NCBI GenBank assembly: GCA_000091205.1
Contig: AP006495.2
Source of the DNA: Cyanidioschyzon merolae
Taxonomy: Eukaryota
DNA length: 64,000 nucleotides
Reading direction: 5' to 3' (one strand)
In this document: in pieces, positions 55,732 to 64,000 of the stretch
How the letters are laid out: every line of letters starts with the position of its first letter
Position numbering within the stretch: position 1 is the stretch's first letter
The notes under the pieces: generated by a model
What the model was told of the DNA's origin: nothing
Databases searched by the model: none
Seen by the model: only the letters and a program-made list of their open reading frames with translations
Program-made: the position numbers and the translations under genes

Positions 55732-55940
55732 ATCATTTCATAAAGTTCGTCTCAGCGACGATCAACGCGAGTTCTGGTGTAAAACACGCCTCGATATTAC
55801 GTACAAAGACAGAGGTTTTGGTCACGACCGCTGCGCAAAAATAGAAAACAGCTTCCTATCAGAGTAGGCACCGGCGCTTAGCACCGAGACTGGCGGATCA
55901 CCTGCTTGGCACGAGGCGAAGCTGGCACCCGCCCCAAACC

Positions 55941-57836
55941 ATGTCAAGCCGTGCCGTTCGCAAGCTGCTCTCCGCGGACTCGGTCCCGGAAACGAACGCA
56001 AGCGAAGAGCCTGGCGTTGCGGTGGACGATCACTCGGTGGCTGCAAACGAGGCTCAGGTCGGTGTCCGGAACCCCTTCGCTGTGCTCGCTGACCAGCAGG
56101 AGCACGAGGATGGCTTCGGAGAACCTGAGAAACCTCAAAACCAGCTCTCTGATTCTGTGGAAACTTTTCTGGTGCCGGAATCAGGTGCACCGTCACGCCG
56201 TAAAGGCAGATCAAGACGAGCAAGCCGGGTTGCAGGCCAAAAAGTCTCAGCGGAAACGGAGTTTACTATAGGCTATCGGGAGCGCACCTTGCATGGCACC
56301 CGAAAGGACGCCTCTCGAGAACCACAAGTTGACGATGAAAACCTCAGCCATCACTCTGAACTGAAGCATCGTTGGTATGCACAAACATGTGCCGGATTCG
56401 AGCCCTTTGCTGTGGACACGAGCAAACTCAATGCGGACGGTGAGCTGAAGCACTTGTTCGGTCGTGAGGTCGTCGAGCGCGACCATCTCGACCAACAACG
56501 TGCCCAGTCCGCAACCGCTACCAGCAGTCGAGGCTCGCGGGCGATTCGCCAGCAGCAACGTCGTTATCGGGAACGCAACAAGTCGTCGCGATACGCGCTA
56601 GACCTGCGACGGCGCTCATTATTCGTGTACCCGAACCCGGACTGGTTTCAGTTGGTACGGGGCCTCACAATGGAGCCAGCACCAAACTGGAATGCGCCTC
56701 GTCCAGTGTATAGGTACCGCTTCCGAGATCCATACAATTCACTTGAGGAAGGTTTTGAGCAGGTGGTGCGCTCCGGAGACCATGAGCTTTTAATCGAGTT
56801 CTCATGGACGAATCCGTTTCACGTCGGCGCTCTGTTGCAGCTTTCGGAACTCTATCGCGTTTTCGCTGAGGCCGAACGCGAACAAGAGGCGATAGAGCGA
56901 GCGCTTTGGGCTCTAGAAATCAGTACACATCCGCGTTATCGACCGGGCGAGGCATATCTGCCTTTCGCATACGTTGAAAACCGACAGTACTACCGAGCGC
57001 TATGCTGCGCAGCGGAGCGCGCGCGAAGCAAAGGCGCCTACCGCTCCGCCACGGAAATCGCCAAGGTGCTCTGTACCCTCGATCCACCGGTCGACGAGAC
57101 AGGCTCGACAAGACGTCCGTGGAGCGACCCAGTAGGCGCGTTGCTGGTGATAGACGCGTACGCGTTACTGGCAAAGGAGTGGCAATGGATCTGCCAGTGC
57201 CTAGAAAGCGAACATCCTGCGGCGGTGTTGCTGCGCGATCTCCCGAATTGGCAGTTCAGCTATCTGTATGCGAAATACAAAAAGAATGGGATCGGAGCCT
57301 CGCAGATTCACGCGTCGCTAGTCGACGCGCTGCTCCTGAAGCAGCTACGCATGTGTGTGGAGCGCTTTCCTCATCTAGCTCGACTGCTCGCCTTCGATGC
57401 ACGTGACGGTATGGAGTCGTTGCCACTGCTGTGCCGCCGCGCGATGTTCGGCTACGCCTCACGTACCGCTGCTCTCTGGCGGAACAGTCCGCTCATGGAT
57501 TGTATCCGGCAGTGTCTGGGAACCTCAGACGCACGAAGTATTCCAGCGTACCCGATATCCACGACCGATGCGTCTTGGATCGGATGCGTTGGCTATAGCG
57601 ATGATATTCGGTACACGGAATGGATTCATCGAGGCGATACCGCTCCAGCGAATGGCAGTGTATCGTTCGGCGAGGAGGAGGCAGCTGCATCGGCAACGAC
57701 CATAGCGGATGAGCTGCAGTTCTTGTCCATGGGCACCAACACCGAATCAAACCTTGACACAAATGCGAGTTCAGAAGTGGAATCAGGCGAAATGACACCC
57801 AACGGATCCGATAGCGACGCAGTTGCCGAACGTTAG
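55941..57836 (+). CDS. TCF25/Nulp1/Rqc1-family protein (ribosome quality-control, DUF654)
   Basis: 631-aa ORF from an ATG. The central region TNPFHVGALLQLSELYRVFAEAEREQEAIERALWALEISTHPRY ... NRQYYRALCCAAERARSKGAYRSATEIAKVLCTLDPPVDETG ... PVGALLVIDAYALL is collinear with human TCF25. The matching TCF25 motifs are NPYHVDSLLQLSDVCRMQGD ... ERALYSLECAFHP ... [52 protein letters not shown]. Confidence 0.75.
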   Translation: MSSRAVRKLLSADSVPETNASEEPGVAVDDHSVAANEAQVGVRNPFAVLADQQEHEDGFGEPEKPQNQLSDSVETFLVPESGAPSRRKGRSRRASRVAGQKVSAETEFTIGYRERTLHGTRKDASREPQVDDENLSHHSELKHRWYAQTCAGFEPFAVDTSKLNADGELKHLFGREVVERDHLDQQRAQSATATSSRGSRAIRQQQRRYRERNKSSRYALDLRRRSLFVYPNPDWFQLVRGLTMEPAPNWNAPRPVYRYRFRDPYNSLEEGFEQVVRSGDHELLIEFSWTNPFHVGALLQLSELYRVFAEAEREQEAIERALWALEISTHPRYRPGEAYLPFAYVENRQYYRALCCAAERARSKGAYRSATEIAKVLCTLDPPVDETGSTRRPWSDPVGALLVIDAYALLAKEWQWICQCLESEHPAAVLLRDLPNWQFSYLYAKYKKNGIGASQIHASLVDALLLKQLRMCVERFPHLARLLAFDARDGMESLPLLCRRAMFGYASRTAALWRNSPLMDCIRQCLGTSDARSIPAYPISTTDASWIGCVGYSDDIRYTEWIHRGDTAPANGSVSFGEEEAAASATTIADELQFLSMGTNTESNLDTNASSEVESGEMTPNGSDSDAVAER

Positions 57837-59299
57837 ATGCAACGGGGTGAGTATTTCCAAGGTTTGGTGCTGGCAGCGCACACTCGCGGATGTATGCGCG
57901 ATGCTCCGTTTGCCTCGCGAACTAGCTCTTCGAGAAGAAACATTGTGTTTGGCTGCTCATCGCTCATCGCTGCAATACTCGGGTACGGCAGGCATTTCCG
58001 CAGCAAGTGCAAAGCTCTTCATGCCGAAGAGCGTGGATCACTTCTAACCGGGACATCGACTCGCTCTGGGAGAATCTGGGCGAGCATGCAATGCTCGGCC
58101 GTACCACCTCGTTCCGACGCACTGCTCGACAAAACCCAGCGCTTTTTTTTCGCGAGTATCCGCTACGGTGCTTCGATGTACGGGCTGGTGGTACGTGCCC
58201 AGCAATATTGAAAATCGAGCGCCATGATCGTTCAGCAGTGGCCCAGGAGAACTGTTTCAGGTGTATACACGGGGCGCCAGAGCCCTGCTGGATTCCCGAC
58301 ACGTCACGTACCGCTGCCTCGTGCCGAGCTGGGGATTCAATGCCCTCTCGCCTGATCAGTGCTTCTTTCATGCAAGTATTGGGCGTTTCGGTACGATACC
58401 CGTGCGGCGTACTAAACGATGCTTTCGACAGTTCGCTCGTTAGAAAGCCACTGGACGATCCGGAAGTAGCAAATATTTCTGAATGTTGATCGATACTTTC
58501 AACTCTCGGTCCAGAAAGTGCTTCCACGCAATGGTGCTGATGGAGTCACACCGCAGCCAGCACCTCAACCTCCATGGTCTCGCTATCCGGCAATCGATGA
58601 GCGTACCGCACACTCGTTGGAGCATCGGACTCGGTTTCATTCTCTTATTCTGTACCAGTTTCAGCATGCACGCGTGCTCGCGATGCGTTGATATGCTCCT
58701 GAATGCATCGATGCGAATCGTTTACAATCGATTCCTGTACTCGTTGTACGCTCTCGTCGAGCGAGCAGGCGAGAAGCGTTGCGCGCTCCAGTACGTCCAG
58801 CGCCAAAGGCTACTCTAAAGCGAAGCGACTCGCTGGTCATTGCCGTTTCCAACTCATTCAGCAGGCTGCCGAAAATGCGCTTCTTGTCGTCGTACGACCG
58901 AAACCGTTGGCGAACCAGCTGGATCTCATGGCTGTCTGTCAAAAAGATCGTCTGCATGATCCATTTTTACGTTCATGTTCGCTCTGAATGAAGCGTACGA
59001 AACATGCCGTCTGGTCGGTACGGTGTCCGGAGCGTTGGGACAAGCTCTGACGCGGTCATTTGATTTTTCGGGGGAATCCTCCTAGTGCCTATGATGCACG
59101 TGTCTCGATGATGTTGAGCCGTCGAAAAATCTGAGCAGCGCCATCCGCTTTTCTTTCAGGTCTTCGGCTGCGTTCTCTTGATGTGGAGGCACGGCGGCAT
59201 CCATGATGTCCTTGAAAGCGGGATCCGCGCCCATAAAGAACTCTGTCTCTCTCCATCTGCCGTGAACGATTAAAATCAGTCTCGTAGCGCGACTCGGAC

Positions 59300-59950
59300 C
59301 AAGGTTTCAAACAGCGCCTGCGAATGGGTATGTCGTCGATCGGGATCGTCGCTGTAGAATTGAAACCGTGAGCGAGCTCCACCAGTGCCTGTCGTGGAGC
59401 TGTTCGAAGGCGTTGTACGTGCTAGCAGAGCCCAGCCACAGCTCGCTGAGGAAACCGCACAGTACAATATAGTACCGAAACGTCCTGTAATATATTCGTC
59501 CTTGATGTGACAGACGAGGTCCATACCGCATAATACCAATTTCAGTCGCGAGCTGCACTACCGCTCTTGAATGATGGAAAGCGAGGTTGTCTACCAGCAG
59601 GACAGAGGTATTTAAGAGTGAGGAACCGGGAAGCGTGCGTCGAAAAAGAATGGTGTGTTGCACGATCCTATCTTTTCGGCGATTTGTAAGCGACTACAGG
59701 ATTGAATCATCGCTAGGGCTGATCTTTTCGTGATTATTGCTAGTTGCTTTCTGATGAGCGGCGGTTTCCCCATTTTTGAATACTCATATGCAACTGGTCT
59801 ATCCCTTCTCCCGACTGAGGTCTCGTCGAGCGAGACGAACGCTCGCTAACCTTGTCATAAACGTTCGCATTGCAGTACAACATCCATTGCGTGTCGGTCA
59901 ACAAGTGACGATCGTCTACACAAGCGTGCATTTTCGTTTGTCCATCCGTG
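59300..59950 (-). mobile_element. possible degenerate PIF/Harbinger-like DDE transposase remnant
   Basis: Minus-strand fragments HACVDDRHLLTD (compare the Harbinger GAIDGTHI first-Asp motif) and NLAFHHSRAVVQLATEIGIMRYGPRL (compare the C-terminal N..HS.ARnvVE.aFG.LK.RF..L motif) fall in the expected order. Frames are broken. The evidence is weak. Confidence 0.25.
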
Positions 59951-62120
59951 CCCCTTTATCAACTTTCTTCTCAACGGTATGGAAACGCCCATCCTGTGAC
60001 CTCTTTGTTCGCATTTTTTCCTGAACGTGTGGAGTGGGACGGATCGACGACGAGACAGTCGAGCAGATACACTTTCCCCAGTTCTTTCTTGGATGCACGA
60101 CGTTCAGGATATTGACCACGGAGTGCGTGGCTCATTCACCTCCTGATCGTAAAATGAATGACTTGCACAACTAAGGCCGTTTTCGCGAGCGAGCAGGGAC
60201 AGCGACCGTCTTTCCGCGACCTCTCATCAATCCACCGCATACAATCGTCTTGGAACGGACTCGCGAGAAAACAAACAAACAAACCGAAAACGACGCACTG
60301 GTATATGTATTCGAGCGGTCACGGCTCTGAGTCAAACGGCCAGTTCTGAGCGCTGCCCGCCTGCAATCGCACATCGACGGTGCCGTCTTCGTTTCCAGTG
60401 CCTGGATAAATGCTGAAACATGACGAAAGGTTGCCTCTGTGCGGTTCGAGGTGTGCACCGGTCACTTGGATCGAACGACCAACCGAAGCAGACACTGTTG
60501 AACGCATCACCCCTTCAACGATGATAGATGCCCACTCAAGCTGTCCCGATGATCCGCAAGGTGCCAAACATCGCGATGGCCGACAATTTTCGTAGAATTG
60601 CGTAGTTGTGTGAAAAACTGCGATATGGACGTGGACGCTTGTACACTGCCTTCATTGCAAGTGCGTCTAGCGCTAAAAAACCTCAATACTTCAATTTGAC
60701 AATCGCACCGAACACCGAGAGCATGTGACTCGGCCAACGCATTCGAGGATCAATGGAGATTTGTATCCTTGCTAGCAACAACAGCTGGCACACGTCCCGA
60801 AATGACACGCTCGTTTTCTTGATTTTTGCGAAAGGAGAACCCATGCGTTGCGAGCAGACACGTTCCCATCGAGTGTTTGGCGATGGAGATCAACGCCTTG
60901 CCAAACAAGCGGTGCCTTGCACGCCAACATATCCACCGCAGTCAGTTTCAGATGGTGTTCGCGGAGTGGCGGACCGCTCTATCCAGTGTGAGTAGCAGTG
61001 GCGGTCCCTCAACACGCGTTTCGAACGAAGTGGTGCAGCACCGTTTTATGCATGTGTTCGTGACAAGGCCAGAGTCGCTCCAGCCGAACGACATGAAACC
61101 AAGACGCAGCGCCACCGGAGAAACATCGAAAAAGCTTATCTAGCTCCACACGCTGCCTAAGGACTTGCCAGTACGTAAGTCAGCGCATTCATGAAGCGTG
61201 GCAAGCGTTCGGTGACGTGAGGCGCTACGAGCACTCGAGAAAGCATACATGCAAGGAGCGTAGTTTCCTGTATGCGGTCTGCTTCTATTCTGGCCAATCG
61301 GTGACTCAGGTTCAGCACAAATACATGGAACACGAAAGCGTCGTGCAGAAGCACTTTAGGGTTCGTGTCTCTCTCTGCAAACCAAAACACACACCATTTC
61401 CTGAGCATATGCCGGTGCAAGCGCGGCTGCGTAGACGCAGCGACGGACAAGCCAACAACAGAGCAGTGTTTTGTTCGCGGGAACGTTTACACTAACCGGG
61501 GAACCTCGGAGTGCCCAGTTAGTAACGGCACTCGGAAAAACGTTCATTGCTCAACGTCCTACCTCCAAGCTCCACTACGCCTGCTTCCCGCTCGGACGTA
61601 CTGGTCACTTGCCACGTTCTATCGTACGTCGAGCCTGCCGTGAGCGCCCGCGATAGCACATGTGCCGCCAGTACGGACGCAGCACGGAGACAGAGCGACT
61701 TTGACGTCTCATGAAGGGTACCGACTCCCGGCGTCGTTCACCCGACACGGTGCCGCCTCTCGTCGTCGATTCGCGCTCGGACAGTCTACGTCCGCAAGCG
61801 TGCCTTTGCGGCACGACGCTTTCGAGAGAGCTGGCTCTTCGGATGAAGACCCTAAGGTCCTCACCCGTCTCCTGCGCAAACCTGTGTGGAAAGCGTTCTC
61901 GGTTGACAGCGCGGGCTTTTGATCCGCAACCATCTGTGTGAAAGTCCCCAAAACACTAGACCCGCGTTCTCATCCAGTTCACGGAGCCTTGCACCTGGAG
62001 TCAACAGCGCAAGGCCTTGCCACCCGACCTGAGCCCTGCACTGGACGCCGCGGAGCGCCGACGCCGTGGCTTGGGCGCGTCCTCCACACTCGGGTTCCAC
62101 TGGGGAGGCCCTCGCTCAAC

Positions 62121-63398
62121 ATGACGCCCAAGTCTAGTGCTAGTCTTGCCGAGCAGCAACGTTCCCTATCGTTTCAGATACCGTCTGATGCTGGTGAGAA
62201 CGGATTGTCTACAGATTCGTGGCCTCTTTTGCTAAAAAACTATGATCGCCTCAACGTGCGTACCACGCACTACACACCGATACCGGATGCAGGCTACTCG
62301 CCACTGAAACGACCGATACAGGAGTACATCCGAAGCGGTGTGATCAACCTGGACAAGCCGGCAAATCCGTCCTCGCACGAGGTTGTGGCCTGGATCAAGC
62401 GGATTCTGCGTGTGGAGAAGACCGGGCACTCGGGTACACTGGACCCGCAGGTCACTGGTTGTCTGATCGTATGTATCGAACGAGCGACGCGTCTGGTTAA
62501 GTCACAACAGTCCGCGGGTAAAGAATATGTCGCTGTTTTGCGTCTGCATGGTATGCGTCCCGAGCTCGACGAGGCGACTGTGCGGCGAGCGATCGAGACG
62601 CTGACTGGACCGCTGTACCAGCGGCCGCCTCTGATCAGTGCCGTGAAGCGACAGCTTCGGATCCGAACCATCTATGAATCAAAACTATTAGAATATGATC
62701 CGAAACGAAGACTGGTGCTTTTCTGGGTATCATGCGAGGCAGGAACGTACATTCGGACGCTATGCGTGCATCTAGGTCTGCTGCTTGGTGTCGGTGGTCA
62801 TATGCAGGAGCTTCGCCGCGTTCGCTCCGGGGTTCACAGCGAGTACGACGGTATGGTCACCATGCACGACGTTCTTGATGCCCAGTGGCTCTTCGACACC
62901 ACCAAGGACGAATCTTACCTGCGACGAGTCATCAAGCCCTTGGAAAGTCTCTTAGTTCACCACAAGCGCATTGTGATCAAAGACTCGTGCGTGAACGCGG
63001 TTTGCTATGGTGCAAAGCTCATGCTTCCTGGTGTGCTGCGATACGAAAACGACATTGAATGCGGGGAAGAAGTGGTGATCATGACGACCAAGGGTGAGGC
63101 TGTTGCCTTGGCCATAGCGCACATGAGCACATCGGAAATCGCCAGTTGCGATCACGGCGTTGTTGCCCGGATCAAGCGTGTAGTCATGGAGCGAGACTTG
63201 TATCCGCGGCGATGGGGTCTCGGCCCGGTAGCGAGTCGCAAAAAAGCGATGATCCAACGCGGTGAACTCGACAAGCACGGTCGTCCAAATGAACACACAC
63301 CGTCTGACTGGCGACGTGTCCAACCTGAGCTCGAATCAGCACCAAGTCGAATGGAGAGACAAGCGGGTCCACCGGTTCGCCCGCCTAAATCGCACTGA
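62121..63398 (+). CDS. CBF5: H/ACA snoRNP pseudouridine synthase dyskerin/Cbf5
   Basis: The first ATG with conservation is at 62121 ([15 protein letters not shown] ...). The 61-aa upstream extension in the track ORF is unconserved. The TruB domain has [26 protein letters not shown] (catalytic Asp) and AVLRLHG ... [27 protein letters not shown]. The PUA domain has [23 protein letters not shown] ... [22 protein letters not shown]. The C-terminal tail is Lys/Arg-rich. Confidence 0.9.
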   Translation: MTPKSSASLAEQQRSLSFQIPSDAGENGLSTDSWPLLLKNYDRLNVRTTHYTPIPDAGYSPLKRPIQEYIRSGVINLDKPANPSSHEVVAWIKRILRVEKTGHSGTLDPQVTGCLIVCIERATRLVKSQQSAGKEYVAVLRLHGMRPELDEATVRRAIETLTGPLYQRPPLISAVKRQLRIRTIYESKLLEYDPKRRLVLFWVSCEAGTYIRTLCVHLGLLLGVGGHMQELRRVRSGVHSEYDGMVTMHDVLDAQWLFDTTKDESYLRRVIKPLESLLVHHKRIVIKDSCVNAVCYGAKLMLPGVLRYENDIECGEEVVIMTTKGEAVALAIAHMSTSEIASCDHGVVARIKRVVMERDLYPRRWGLGPVASRKKAMIQRGELDKHGRPNEHTPSDWRRVQPELESAPSRMERQAGPPVRPPKSH

Positions 63399-64000
63399 GC
63401 GATCCAGAGTGCTACACCCGAGAGAATCAGTGGACGCTGCAAACCGAATGCTCACATATTGCCGGCGTACTCGGGTTCATAGATGCGCACCCGAGCCTAG
63501 GGGGCAAATTCTTCCAGTTCAACTTTGCGGTATTCCATGCACAACGCAGAATGCTTGGTGACGCGAGCTGTCGTAACGGCGGCTGATGCGCAGCGGGGCT
63601 GCTTTTTTCCAGCACGGAATACTCGGGCGGTGTTGCGTCGAGAACCTGCGAGCGTCCATGAATTCGAAGCAGCCTCGCCATGCGTTTGGATGTTTTGTAC
63701 GAACGCATCCCCAGAGAAACATACGTGTATACACAAGTATCCAAGTGAGCTTGATTTGTGTTGCTTGCTCGCCAGCGGACTCTTTTCATGGACCCGGTGA
63801 GGGCAGCATTGCCGCACGTCTGGGAAAACTGGGCGATCCATGCTCCAGGAACCGTACCGGAGCACCTTACGATGCATTCGTCTGACGTATCATCGGTCGG
63901 CACCGAACCCTACACTGGATTTACTTTGACAAAGAAGCAGGCGAATCCGAGACCTCTGACCCGTCAGCAACCCGCAAAGTCACTGAACGAGACACGCAAC

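Noticed and set aside
1-64000. Kinetoplastid (Leishmania-like) origin, suggested by roughly 55-60% GC, intronless genes and (CA)n microsatellites
   Set aside because: Gene orientation flips at almost every gene rather than forming long same-strand polycistrons. The window also carries a plastid-type S1, a cyanobacterial LpxB relative and a bacterial PPK1, none of which fits kinetoplastids.

Overview
The window is eukaryotic nuclear DNA, about 55-58% GC from spot counts. Every long conserved gene reads as a single uninterrupted ORF, so the genome is intron-poor (fragmentary/pseudogene-like loci aside). Strand orientation alternates frequently, which excludes kinetoplastid-style polycistrons. 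Roughly 45% of the window is coding.

About 22 protein genes are recognisable from motifs recalled from memory:
- Translation and RNA processing: an eIF2B-gamma-like nucleotidyl-transferase, 60S ribosomal protein L30e, dyskerin/Cbf5, Notchless, TCF25/Rqc1, a Nab2/ZC3H14-type CCCH protein and an Alba-like protein.
- Organellar: a bacterial-type ribosomal protein S1 with an N-terminal transit-peptide-like extension (plastid-type).
- Mitochondrial: NDUFB9 (an LYR protein), SDHAF3/ACN9 (a second LYR protein), and a nuclear gene encoding only the C-terminal domain of the complex-I 75-kDa subunit behind a presequence-like N-terminus.
- Carbohydrate metabolism: two fucosyltransferase-like type-II glycosyltransferases, an LpxB/GT19-like protein, and a dTDP/UDP-glucose 4,6-dehydratase.
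- Others: an OSCA/CSC1/TMEM63-type channel and a RING-finger protein.

The most unusual locus is a 1302-aa ORF whose core is a bacterial-type polyphosphate kinase 1 (PPK1) fused in frame at its C-terminus to a DIPP/Ddp1-type Nudix hydrolase domain.

The gene-poor stretches contain several kinds of repeat:
- Degenerate transposon remnants: two inverted Tc1/mariner-like copies 23 kb apart and a possible Harbinger-like remnant.
- A dispersed ~180-bp repeat present twice.
- Three tandem arrays with 78-110-bp units.
- Abundant microsatellites: (CA)n, (CAG)n, a (TGTGCG)20 tract and a (CGCACGCAAT)5 tract.
- An orphaned C-terminal fragment of an extended-SDR (3beta-HSD-like) gene.

I found no rRNA, tRNA or CRISPR array. 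Small RNAs could not be searched properly by eye.

The plastid-type S1 and cyanobacterial-like LpxB relative point to a plastid-bearing protist or alga. The split NDUFS1 hints at a stramenopile-like lineage. Both points are inference only.

One caveat on the ORF track: it starts ORFs at GTG/TTG/CTG as well as ATG, so I moved several starts to the first in-frame ATG.
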